From positions 1 to 35,300 of the forward strand of contig JTLS01000067.1 in assembly GCA_000826855.1 (NCBI GenBank): a DNA stretch of 35,300 nt, given 5' to 3'. Position 1 is the first letter of the stretch, and the number at the start of each line of letters is the position of its first letter. Below are positions 11,291 through 23,577 of the stretch, piece after piece. A model generated the notes under the pieces. That model ran no database searches and had not been told where the DNA came from. It was given only the letters and a program-made list of their open reading frames with translations. Origin of the DNA: Basidioascus undulatus (taxonomy: Eukaryota). Position numbers and translations under genes: made by a program.

Positions 11291-14200
11291 TCAAGACGAA
11301 GGCCTGTCGAACGGATACCTGCGAGACGGATAACGACATTCGTCAGGAACGAGCACTTCCAACCGGGGAAACAGACGGGAGAGACTCACTCGAAGGGCTC
11401 GGGCGGACCCAGCTCGGGCTCCTCCGGTTCCGCAGCCGCGGCCGCGGCGCCGCCGGCGGGTGCGGGCGTGGCGTGGATGCCCGCCTTGAGCTCGATGAAC
11501 TCCTCCGGCTCGCCCGGCCTGCGGTCGACGAGCATGAGGATCCCGCCACCGCCGCCGACACGCGGCGTGGAGCTGAACACGCTCGAGAGCGTCGGTCGGC
11601 GCTTGTGGCCCGTTGAGCGCGTCGACGGCGTCGCGACGCCCGAGGCGGGCGCGCCGGACGTGGCGGACGACTGGACGAGCGCGCGCACGGGCACGTATCG
11701 CGAGTCTGCGGGGAAGGAGATGTACGAGACCTGCGCGGGCGTGACGCGCGAGAGGTTGGGCAGACGCTCCGACGACGGCTCGGGCGCGCGCTTCTTAAAG
11801 CCCGCCTTGTCCGCGTCGGCACCCTCCTTCGCGGCACCGTCCTTCTCGTCCGTCTGCATCGCCTCGTCCTCCGCTGCCTTCTCCGCCTTCTTCTCCTCCG
11901 GCTTGTCGTCCTGCACAGGACCAGCATGTCAGTAAGGGCGTCCCGGAGCGCGGAACAGGAAATGAGACGCACGGTTTCCATCCCCTCCGCAGCGGCCTTC
12001 TCCTTCTCCTTCTGCTTTGTCCGCGCGTTCGCACGCGCAGTGGTGGAAAGCACCGCCGTCGCAACCTTCTCGACCGTCTCCTTCGTCGGCGGCTTCAGCG
12101 GCGGGACGTACGCGAATTGCGAGGGCTTGGCGTTGGAGATGAACTCGAGTTGCGGGATCTGCACTCGTCCCATACGTATAACCGTCAGCTGCCGTCCAAA
12201 TGCTTCGCAACGCAACGACACGCAAACGCACCTTCAAGTCCTTGTTGAGCCCAATGAGCGCCGTGGGCGTGAACGCCAAGCTGACGGCGTGCGCGAGCGG
12301 GAACCAGTACCAGAACTGGGTGAAGAGCGCCATGCCGACGACAGCGGAGAGGTTGGTGCTCCCGCTCTTGCTCTGGAGCGAGACGGTGACGTTGCGGCCG
12401 CCGGCGTCGATGAGGCCCTGCGCGAGCGCCGCGCCGAACTTCGCCATCGGGTCCTCGTGCTTGTCGCTGAGCACTTTGACGTACTTCTCCCGCACCGACG
12501 CGACCTTGGGCTGCGCCGTCTCGTTCGCCTGGATGAGGATGAGCGCGAGCGAGACGAACGCGCCCTGCCGAACGAAGTCGACCGGGTCCTTCGTCATCGG
12601 CTCCAGGAGCTCCACCGCCTCCTGCAATCACCGAAACGCCCGACCCATCAGCACACGACCACACCGGAACGAGAGCGCAACACACGAACCTCCAGCGCAG
12701 TGCCCGCGCAAGCGATACCGAGCGCGATCGCCGCGCCGTAACGGACGTGGGGGTTGTAGCTCTCGCTGAGGAGCTGGACGATTCGCGGGACCTGGCTGGG
12801 GTTGCGGAAGAGGATGAAGCCGAGCGCGGTGACGGACGCGCGGCGGACATCGTCGTTGACGTCCGAGACGGCGACGTGCAGCAGCTGGCGGATCGCCTTG
12901 TTGTTGCCCGTGCCAGCGTACGCGAGCGCGATGGTGTGGATACCGCCGTAGCGTAGGATGGGGTCCTGCATGTACAGTCGTTGCGAGTGAGCATTTCCGT
13001 GTGGAGAGTAATATGGACGGCAGTCGACAGCGACGTACGGTCTCCTTGAGCAGCGACGCGATGACCTTGTCCGCGCCTTCCTCTTTGGCGTACATGAGGA
13101 ACGCGATACCGACGGCGAGACCGCGGATAATCTTCTCGTGCTGCGTCTCGTGCGCATACTGGAGCATCTCGTCGAGCGCCTTGTCCGAGCCGGTGCCGAG
13201 CATGACGAGGCCCATCGCGTAGCCCGCTGCCTCGCCGGCGATTGCAGAGTCGGTGAAGAGCACGTTCCGGAGTTCGTCGTAGATCTCTGAATACCCCAAG
13301 AACTCAAACGGTAAGCTTTCGCTTTCTCGCGGCCATGCGAGAGGAAAATAAGACGGTGAATGCACCCTCATTCCCAGTCGCGATTCCCGCGATACCCAAC
13401 CCGAGCGCCGCGCCGTGCTGGACGATTTCTGTCGTGCCGGGCGTTTTGAGCTGGTCCTTCAAGAAGTCGAGCACGTCCCCGCCGTGGTTAGCGTGGATGA
13501 GGCCGAGCGCGTAGAGCGAGCCGCCCTCGGAGTACTGCGAGCTGTTTGCCGCGCCGCGCGGGAGATAGGGCCCGAGAAGCGTCAGGCCCTGCGGGAGGTT
13601 CCCTTTGTGGATGACGCCGAGCGCGGCGGTCGCGGTGAACTTGGACCAGTTGTTCGCCTTGCCGAGCCACTCGAGGTTGTCGCGGAGCTGGCGGTGCACG
13701 TCGACAGGTCAGTACACCTGGAAGGAGCGAGAGCAGGGGAGCGTGGCATACCCATGCGTCGGAGGTGGTGCCAGCATGCATGAAGGCGTTTGCGAACGTC
13801 ACAGCTGAGTGGTACATGGATGAGCGGGCCTCGAGCGCTTCCTGCACGTGCCGCGTGCCGACCAGTCAGCAGAACTGAGACAACCGACAGCACCACCATT
13901 GAACGCACCTTGGTGTTCTTCAAGATCAGCGGGTCGGCCTTGTTGTTCCGGTGCAAGAACTCGAGGTTGAGGCGAATCGAGACCTCGCCAGTGAGAATAT
14001 CCCGAATCCGATCGAAGATAGCGTCCGCGCCGTCCTGCTTCGCCCCCTCTCCCACCTCAGATCCCTGCCCTGCCCAATCTTCCAGATAGCAGCTCTCCGC
14101 GCGGGCACGCACCTCCTTCTTCTCGTCCGTCTGGATCGCCTCGCCCTCGGCCGCGCCCTCCTTCGGCAAGCCTTCCGCGACCTTGCCCAAGAACTCCTGC

Positions 14201-15345
14201 GTCGCGGTGTCGACAAGGTCGAATGCGATCTGGTACGCGACGAGCGCAGGGTCCTGCCGCCCGCTGACGTCGCCGAGCTTCTCCTTGAGCGCTGCGAGGG
14301 GCGCGGCTGCCGCGGCGATGGAGCCGGGGGATGCGGCCGCCTGGCGGACGAGCTCGATGAGGAGGGAGGACGCGAGAGCGGGGTCGTTAAGCTGGACGTG
14401 GCATTGGGTGATGGAGAAGTAGTCGGGTGTGGGGAGGGCGGGGGAGGCGAAGAGGCTGGAGAGAAGTCGGAGGACCTGTAGCCATCCACGCCTGTAATTC
14501 AGCATCATCTCTCCCAGTCGCACCACCCAACGACAAAGAGCGCACCTTGTTCCGCTCCTCAATCTTATCCACCACATCCGTCGCCGCCTCCAGGACATAC
14601 CGCAGCAGCCCGGCGTCCTTGGTTAACTCGAAGACATGCTGGATGACGTCGTACCGGCGTGCGTCGAGCGCGATGCCGGCGGCCTGCTTGAACTCGCCAT
14701 CGTCGATGCAGCGCGCAAACATCTGCTCGACGATCTTGCCCAGGCGCGGGTCGACCTCGGCCTCCCCTGATCGCAGCGCGATGTAGGTGTCGATCGCTCG
14801 GGCTGCCGAGAGAGAGAAGACGTCAGCCTGTGGCGGACGGGCGGGCCTGGCGGTGAGAGAAGACGCACAGATGACCGTGTCCACATACTCGCCGCCGCCA
14901 GACACATCGAAGAGGGGCCCGGCACCGAGGGCAAAGTTGAGTGCCTCATCAAAGGCACCGAGGTGGTAGTAGACTTTGGAGGCGACGAGGGCGGCGAGTT
15001 GTCGGGAGGATTCGGGGAATTTGGTGTCTTCGTAAAGGGTTTCGCTATATATACAAGCATATTCAGCATCCTATTCATCGCAATCTTCCCAGTTGCCCGC
15101 AAGTACAGCCGCCAGCGCTGAAGATCGCCCCTCGTGTGCCTCCATCCCACCGGGTGCCTTCCACCAGCTTCGCTCGGCTCCCCTGCAAACAGCGCGACGT
15201 CACAGACTCACATCTTGGCCACATAGTCCGATATCTCCGCCCAGAACTGGTCTACGACGCCGTTGAGCGCCTGCAGCGCGTGCACCTGGAGCGCAGGCTC
15301 GTCCTCGTCGAGGAGGGCAAGGACGCCGGTGGCGGAGGTGACCAT
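11291..15345 (-). CDS. RPN2: 26S proteasome regulatory subunit Rpn2 (multi-exon)
   Basis: [63 protein letters not shown] repeats ([47 protein letters not shown]), [28 protein letters not shown] and the end [13 protein letters not shown] (stop 11291-11293). Confidence 0.98.
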
Positions 15346-16281
15346 GGCTGATGCGGGGAGCGGTGTGTGCTGTGGCGATGGAGAGTTTGCGTAGTGAAAA
15401 ATAAAGGAAAAGAGGAGGGTGGGGCTGGAGGAATGCGGATTCGAGTGAGAAGGAGAAGGTGAATGTGAATGAGGAAGGCAGCAGCGACGAGGAGCAGGCC
15501 CACCAGCGATTACGTCGCGGCGACGCGCGTGTGCAACGAGCCTAGCTAGGGTTACTTTCACGCGAAGCACCGTTTCCTCAACTCCCTCATTTCTTGTACA
15601 CATGAAAAAACAGCCCCGTATACTCCCATCATACCAAAATGAAGATTTTTCCGGCTTAACAGCACCCCCGCCGACACTCCAGGCCGAACCACTGCACTCG
15701 GACTCCGCACAACGAGCCACTGGGAGTACTTCTGACGCTGTCCAACTGCAATCGATTTCTCCAGCAATAGTGATAGAAAGTGAAGACGAATAGGGTGTAA
15801 ATATGCGCGAGAACGGTGCGGTGCAGGTGCAGTGCAGTGAAAGTGTGAGGTGTGAAAGTGGGTTTCGAAATGTGCGCGAGGCTGTGGGGCGGGGTGAATG
15901 GGAGTGAATGACATGCAGCAGTCAGAGAAGAAGGGGGTGAACAGAGCACGAAGAGAACGAGGGCGGGGGGACATCAATGCAACAACAAGTGGCTCTGTGG
16001 GGAGAAGCGCAGGGTTGCAGCCAGTACTGATGCCAATGTTGAGCCCTTGGTTGACGACGCACTACCACGCTCGCTCCGTCGACTGCCTCTGCACATCTGA
16101 TGATTTCCCCGTCCCATCATGCCCGTTCCTCTGTTCATCCCTATAATCTTGTCTTTGCTCTTGCTCGCCATCCCTACGGTCCGACCCCTCACAGGTCAGT
16201 TCCCCGACCCCTGCCCCTGCCCCTCCCCGTCGCCTCGAAAGCAAGGGCTCACCTTCCGCCCGCATCCAGCCTCGCCAATTC

Positions 16282-19200
16282 CTAATCGTCCTGCCCAACG
16301 GGGTCGTACAGCTCTCTGCGGTTCTCGTCCCTCCTTCGCCCGCGCAGCCAGTCCCACGCGGACGAGAGCGGCTCGAAAGCAGAGTGCCGCTTCCGCCGCT
16401 CCTCGTTCTCTGCGAGCGCCTTGTACGATGGGATCTGGATCGAGCTGCGCCGGCGCACGCGCCCTGCGTGCAGAATCGCAGTCTGCTCCGCCTCCTCGTC
16501 CGTCTCGTCGTCTGCCTCGCCAAAGACGTCGGACATCTCTTCGAGCGGAACGTTGGCGGTTTCCTATGAGATACACTGTCAGCCACTTCATCATGGAATA
16601 CTTCAGCGTCAGACGAACAGGATACAGGAAGAAGACTTCAACAAGCAAGCGTAAGCCACCCATGTCTACGCAGTGCAGGTGAAATGAAACGCACCAAGAA
16701 CGAAGCTGCACGCGCAGAAGAACGCATGCATCGGGTACAGACGCCAGCCGATGTGGTCCTGCAGGATCGGCGTCATCTCGCCAACGAGGAAGTTGGCCGC
16801 CCCTGCGAACGACAGTGTCAGCTCTCTTTCGGGCATAAACTCGGAGTATCCATGGGACTCACAGTTCGTCGCGGTCGACAGGGACACGCCCTTGGCACGG
16901 AAAGCGAGAGGCATGATCTCCGGAGGGTAAAGCCCTATCACAGTCTTTAGCCCACACGAATCATCTCCAGGCCTTCCTCCAATGCGACTCACAAGGGATA
17001 GGTCCCCAAGAGTACCCTGCCTCCGCCCGCTTATCGTCAGTTCCTGCGCCCCCACTCCACCACCCGAGCGCTCGCGTGACGCACCAAATGCAGCATTGAA
17101 GATGATCACGCAGACGACTACCGCGGTAGGCGTAAGCGGGACGTCAACGTACATCCACCACCCAGTCGCAGTGAGTGCGATGCCCATCTATGGTTTCCCC
17201 GCATCGCATCAGCATCTGCTGAGCTCATCCGCCACAAACACACAGGTTACTCACAACCGCTGCACCGCTCATAAGGATGATGCGGCGTCCCCAGAGGTCG
17301 ACAAGGTACCAGCTGTGTGACACGAAACCTTCAACTCAGAGCACTGGCTGAAATGATCGGCGAACGTACGTAGGGATAGTGCTTGCGATGTAGCTGTAAT
17401 CCAATTCTAGCTCAGCACTGCGTTCGGGGACGCGACGGCACTCTTGGGAAGACATACACAAGTCCGTTGATGGCGGTCATCAAGATCGCGTCGCGGCCGA
17501 TCCAGCCGGCCTGCTCGAACACGAGCGGCGCATCTGCACACATGAAAGCGTGGTCAGGCCTGTTGGATTTTTTGGGTTGTCATTTGCTCCTCTCACAGTA
17601 TGAAATGACGTTGATGCCGTTCTGTAGTTTGCAGTCAGTATATATGCCAAGGCAGGAGAAAAATAGCCCGCGAACCAGCTGCGCAAAGAGCTGAGAAGAC
17701 ATGGCGATGAACACGCGTGTGCGGTAGCGCTTGACTGTGAGGACATGAAGAAAGTCGGTTAGCAGCTGAGCCCGTCTCTCCGAAACCAGGAAGACATACA
17801 CATCTCGCCGTAAGACCGCTCAATCTTTCGCTGCACTCCGACATCCCTTCCTCAGTTCACCGTCCTGCGCCAAACAGAGAATACAAAATCAAACGCACGT
17901 CCTCTCGCACAGCTATCCTTCCCGACTGCATCAGCGCCTGCAGACCCTGGAAACCAGACGAAGAAGGTCAACAACCCACCTTCCTTGATCTCCCTGAACT
18001 CCTTCCTCGCAATTTCATTGTCGAAGTACCCTCCACGGAGATCAACCAGCACGCGCAGGCCCTCCTCGTCCTTGTCCGTGTCCAGCAGCCACCTGATCGC
18101 GTGCCGACCTTCAGCCCTCGTGTGCCCTCCTTCACAAGAAGTCCAGCTAAGGCGTACCGCGGAGACTCGGGGATGACCAGCGTCCCGGCTGCCAGGATGA
18201 GGCCGATGATGCATTGGACTGCGAGGGGGATGCGCCTGGTTGATGCGCGGGTGAGTTTGGCGCTTTTACATGGGGCTCGCGGGGAGGGCCTAACGCACCA
18301 GGACGCATCGGTTTGGATGAAGGACGCGAAGTAGTCGATCCACTGTAAGCGAGACTTGTCAGTGCGCCGTTGAGGACAGGAAGACGGCGGGGTACGCACG
18401 ACCGACGATGCGTAGCCGGCGATGTTGCCCGTGAACTCGATGCACGCGAGCTTACCGCGGTGGTCGGCGGGAGAGATCTCACTGCGCAACAGAACGATAT
18501 TAGAGCCTTTCATGCACTGCAAGCTCACAGAAACTGACCTCTGGTAGATGGGCACGACGCATCTGTATCCCCCCCGCATTCACTTTCAACTCCCGCCTCC
18601 TTTTCAGAAGCGAGGAGAGGAGACGTACGAGAGCATGCCGACTCCGAATCCCGAGATGATGCGGCCGACGACCATCATGTTGAACCCGTTCGTGAACGTC
18701 TGCACCGCCCCGCCAGCGGTGAAGATCGCTGCACCCCAGAAGAGCGTCCTGCGGCGCCCGATCTTATCTGCGATGGTCCCGACTGCGAGGGATGTGACTA
18801 TGTCCCGCTCCCCAAGGGTCAGTCTCGCTCAGTGGGAGCGATGCGAGAGACGCACTGAAAGCGCCAACTTCCTGGAGACGGTTGAGGGGTGGTGAGTAAT
18901 CAGGAGTGGGTGGGTAAGGGTGACAGAGGGAGACATACCAGAATCGCGACCATTGTTCCGAGCTGGGCAGCTGTGGGGTACATGAAGAATGCGCGGAAGT
19001 AGGGGCCAGTGATGATGCCGCTCATGACTCTGCAGTGTACTCCTACCGGCGTAAGCCAACGCCAGGCTTCAGGTGCAGCTCCCAATTCACCCTTGATCCT
19101 AAAGCACAGCGAGTGCACGCGCATCTCCAGTTGTTAGCAACTCACTCATTTGCCTCGCTCACCATCCAGCACTCACATAACCGAACTGTGCCGTCCCCCT

Positions 19201-19379
19201 CGCCATCGTCAGATCCCAGACCCAAACCAGACCGCGCATAGGAAACGCACCAGGAAGACGCCCAAAGATGCAAAGCATGTGACAAGATATAGCAGCGGGT
19301 CGCCGACGAGCAAGCTCGTCGTGCGCTCGCGGCGGACGGGCGAGCCCTCTGCGTCGACGTCGCCGTTGTTGTCGCTCAT
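16282..19379 (-). CDS. MFS sugar porter family transporter (many exons, including microexons)
   Basis: SLGVFL|FGY|DQG|VMSGII, ADKIGRRRT, GRIISGFGVG, VPIYQ|SEISP..RG, IPESP|RWL, QL|NGINVISY|YAP, VDLWGRR, SWGPIP|WLYPPEI..RAKG, YP|ETANVPLEEM; stop 16282-16284. Confidence 0.95.
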
Positions 19380-20499
19380 GATTGCAGGCGTGCCCCAGAC
19401 GTGTGGATGCTGATGTCAGCTAGTATCCGATGAAGCTCTATCTGAAAGACCGTCGCTGCTGTTGCTGCCGTCGCCGCTTCAGGCGCTGTGCTTCTGGCAG
19501 ATGTTGTGGATGGTTGTATATTGGAGACGGAGAGCGTGCACGAGCGAGCAAGGCCAGGAGCGTTAGACTGGGACAGCTGCGCCGGCGCGGTCGCGCCGAC
19601 GAGCGCGACGTCATCGGCTCAGTGCATAACTGCATCTGCATCTCGTTTCTCTTTTTCACTTTTTCACCCACTGCTTTCAGACCGAGTCTCATTCTAACAA
19701 ATATACATCAATTATCCGGTTCATCTTGTGAAATCTACTTCTGGGGCTGAAGCAGCTGGGCTTTCAGAGCATGCAACGGCTCTACACGGCGTATCGCCGG
19801 GCTACCTATCAGCACTGCACCTTTTGGCTTCAATAGTCTCGCGTTTCAGCTGTGTCCACCTGACCATTCCAGCACGACTCACGAGCACACGGCGGCCTGT
19901 TTGTCTTTTTCAGCAAGAGCCAGTCCTCCCATACCCAAATGCGGACGTCGTGCCAGCCTGTAGGTACACTTGAGGAAGACACTTGCCGTTGACTCTGCCA
20001 TTCCCCTTTCTCCGAGCGAGCGCGTAGCCTGGTGCAGCAGAATACTCATTCTACTAGAATTTGGTAGTGGCCTTTCAGCAAAGCGAGTGAGGTGTAAAAT
20101 GGGCGACGAAAAGGATCAGCGAGACAGCCACGGGGCCCGGGGTGTTTCCTCGCCAGAGCCTCCGAGCCTGGCCTGATCATGTCAATACTTTTGGCAGATA
20201 CTACGCTGTACATTGAACATAGAGATGAGGGTTCTGGACATTTCTTGATCAATTTTTTTCACGTCCGGGACGGGACAGCACAACTTGAGGAAAGAAAGGT
20301 GTCCGCCAGACGCAACCCGCCTGCTGACGGTGTATACTGTTGGCTGGCTTCCACCAAAATTTACTCGAAACTTTATGAAAATAGGGATTATAAAACCCTT
20401 ACCACCCCCCCGACCCCCTCGTTCACTCCCCCCCTGGAAACCTTTCTGCGCAACATGAATTCGCTTCGTGGGTCGGTTGCGCTTGACGCTCACTCGTTT

Positions 20500-21345
20500 G
20501 GTGCTCTCAGTATTACTCGGACTTCTCACCTCCATTCTATGGGAAAACATGGGTTTCATCGGCAAGATCAGGGAGCCGCATCGTCAAGCAGAACGACATA
20601 CTCACACCAGTTGGCGCATTTCGCTAGGTCCCGTAACATGCACCCGTACTGTCCGTCCTTTTCCCTAAAGCCCTCTTGCCCTCTATGGATTATGGTAATC
20701 GTCCCAAACGTGGTGGGGTGCTCTGCGGGACCCGGTTCAGCGAGGGTGGGCGCGTCAAGAACAGCTATTGTGGATAGAGACTCACATTCGGACCTCCCAA
20801 GCCAGGACAAGTTCTGGACAAAGGCATTGAGGCTTCCGAAGACAAAGCCGTAAGGCCATCTGAATTGGTCCCTATCTTGGTCAGTTCAGGGGTCGGTAAA
20901 GTCCACTGCGACATGCGCGGCGTACAGCGGACCGTAGAACAAGAGCCCCTCCAGGCAATCCACCTACTGGAAGTTGATCTGCACCCCCAAAACGTCGCCC
21001 TAGGAATTTATTCAACACAGGGTGCTTTAGCTGCCTCCGAAGTACCGACCGTCAGACACTCAAACTCCGCTCACCGTAACCTGCTTGATGAGCGCCTCCA
21101 TGAGTTCCTCACGCATGGCGAACGGCTTGACAGACCCCACCCGCTCCGCAACAGTGGCTTCGTTGGGATAGGTATGAATACTGAGAACACCCTCTTTCGT
21201 CAGGGCGCATGGCGCGAAAGAAGCTCGGAAACAGGATCATCATCTCCTTCGACGCCAACTTCGGGTACCGCGATTCGAAGTCCTGAAGCAGACGGTCCCA
21301 TGCTTTGTCAAGCTCCTCGGTGGTCTGTGCGGTCGATGGTGACAT
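20500..21345 (-). pseudogene. Possible degraded spliced orphan gene
   Basis: ATG at 21345 gives the helical-looking MSPSTAQTTEELDKAWDRLLQDFESRYPKL. It continues only after a frame change (TKEGVLSIHTYPNE..MREELMEALIKQVT), followed by several GTGAG..YAG intron-like segments and an in-frame TAG. No family recognised; the 3' boundary is approximate. Confidence 0.3.
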
Positions 21346-22121
21346 TGTTGCTTGACTTCAGAGAGTCGAGGCAAGCTACTTTGGTAAGGAGCGGAGATCA
21401 GACAGGGAAGCATGGTTGAGCGATGTCAGGACTCGGGCTGCGCATCTTGTTTTGGCGGTGGTGAGGGCGTTGTAAGGAGGTTGGAGAGAACAACGAGACT
21501 GGAGGAACCCCCGTATATCTCAAGTCTGCATCCGCCGTAACAGACGATGGTGTCAGTTTCGGTCCCGAAGACAGGCTTTCCGAGTGACCCAGGGAAACCT
21601 CTGCAGAAGAGACAGATTCACGTTTAGAGGGCGAGAAAATCTCCTCCGAGACGCTGGCTGCAGCATGTCTACAGCTTTCGTTCACCTACAAAATGCAGGG
21701 CTCAAGCAGCGATCTAGCGCGTACCCTATCTTAGACCATTACGAGAGCTCTGATACACTCAAGGTACATCTGCTTCAATATTCCTTTTTTTTCCTTTTGG
21801 GCAAAGGAGCCTGCGGCCTTTCCCAGGCTGCGAGGCAAGGCGATATGTGAAAGCTGAAAGGCGACACAAGAGCGCGTCGTTGCACACGGAGACGCCCATA
21901 CACACGAGTTCATGGAAAGTACAATGTGCCAAATCCTGGTGACTGTATGCTTCCTTTGAATCTAAGTGAATCTTGAGCGGTGCAAAAGAAGAGAGAGAAA
22001 CCAGGACCCCCGAAAAAAAGGCTGCTGTCAAACGACAAACTGAGGACGCGCGTCCCTTTCTCCTCTCCATTCTCATCACATCTTCTTTCTCTCACTCTCA
22101 CATCGATCATCGCGCAGCCCC

Positions 22122-22909
22122 ATGAATGTGGACGGCAAAAACATCCTCAGCGGCGCGCAGAAGCTTGCGAAGGGCGATCCATTTCCTTTCGTAGGCGAGG
22201 CCCTCAAGCTCCGCCGGCCTCGAATCCTCGAGCTCGTCCGCCGTGTCAGGCTCGATCAGCGCCCATTATCATACAGCTTTTGTCAAGGGAATCCGGCTGG
22301 AGATTGGCAGGGGCGTCTTCCGCTGGGTCGTCTGGCCAGTGCTTAGCTTCCACAAGGAGGACGAGAACGGACTCTCCTCCGTGGACAGCTACCTCAGCTG
22401 GCCCGAGCACCGTCGGACCCGCTTCCTCCCGCTTCCCTACCTCAAGGAATCCCTACGCATCACTCCTTGGCGGGATACGCCGGCGTCCGAGGCGTTTGGG
22501 CCCCCGGTAGACGTACATGGTTGGAGGAACTCGCAGCCGCGCTGGCTTTGGCTCGATCCAGTGCACGTAGATCTTCCGTTTGAAGCATCGGTGTGTGCGG
22601 GACTTTTTTCGTATGCTTGGATTATGCTGTGTGTTCACTCACCTCCTTCGACAGTTTAAACGTTTCGAGCTGCGCGTCGCCCTCATCTCCCACCAGATAA
22701 CCGCCATAGATGCGTATCTGGCCGTCATCGGACCGCGCCTGCCCGTAATCGACGAGGGTGGGGAGAGCGGGGGCGGTGATACCGGTAGCGGGAAAGGAGT
22801 TGATGCAATACCTCCGCTGGGAGGCGCTGGGGCTGCCGGTATCGCTCGTCACGCCAAATTTGGCGACCCTATGCACGCGGAGACGACGACGCCAGTAGCG
22901 TGGGCATGA
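22122..22909 (+). pseudogene. Hypothetical protein gene with a 1-nt frameshift (or sequencing error) and one intron
   Basis: GC3-rich ORF from ATG 22122. Removing one T from TTTT at 22278-22281 joins ..LSYSF to VKGIRLEIG... A phase-0 intron at 22591-22654 (GTGTGT..GACAG) joins FEAS to FKRFELRVAL; stop at 22909. Confidence 0.5.
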
Positions 22910-23577
22910 ACATTCAGGAGTAAACTGCGATGCTCGCGAATCAAGGCGGGGAGACTGGCGATTTTTGGAGGCAGGTGGCAGAGGAGGAGCGAGCTGAGAA
23001 AGCAGCAAAACTGGTACGAGGATACAGGGGTGGAGTGCACATGTACCGCCTCTCGAGATTCTTTATGGGTCAATCTGCATAGCTGGCCGGACTGGGTTAA
23101 GGGTTATACCCTTTCGCGTACACAACCGACTGCATCCACCGCGCTGAATAGTTGAACAGTTGAATGGCCGAACGGTTGCTGCAGGGTATCTGTTGAAATT
23201 GTTTTGTCTACTCATCAATGAAGTTCTCCCCAAGTCACTACAGCTCAGACGCAGCTTTCAGTATAGGAAGCTTACAGTACTGTTCCGACCCCTGCCGTTA
23301 CGTTGAGCCCCAGCCTGGACTGCTGATTTCACGTCCTTTTCAGCCTCCTGACCTTTGGACACCAATACTAGAAGCTAGGGGGAGCTGGAAACTTGAGAAA
23401 CCCGTCAAGTCGCCAGATTGTCAAACGTACGGACGACCGGTCAACGCAAGTCGACGAGCTCGGCAAGACGGCCCGGCAAGGCACGGAGAGCTGGAACGCG
23501 TCTTATCTCCCTGACTATTCATCCCAGCTTGCCCTCTTGTCCTCCTGCCATCACCGCACTCCAACATACCGCCTACC

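Noticed and set aside
11237..14786. Many long plus-strand and alternate-frame ORFs over RPN2
   Set aside because: Shadow ORFs caused by very high GC3 codon bias in the real RPN2 exons; no recognisable motifs.
15046..15211. snoRNA in the longer first RPN2 intron
   Set aside because: No convincing box C/D or H/ACA arrangement is visible.
15346..15600. Rpn4 PACE element upstream of RPN2
   Set aside because: No GGTGGCAAA-like match was found, only short palindromes such as CCTAGCTAGG, which are expected by chance.
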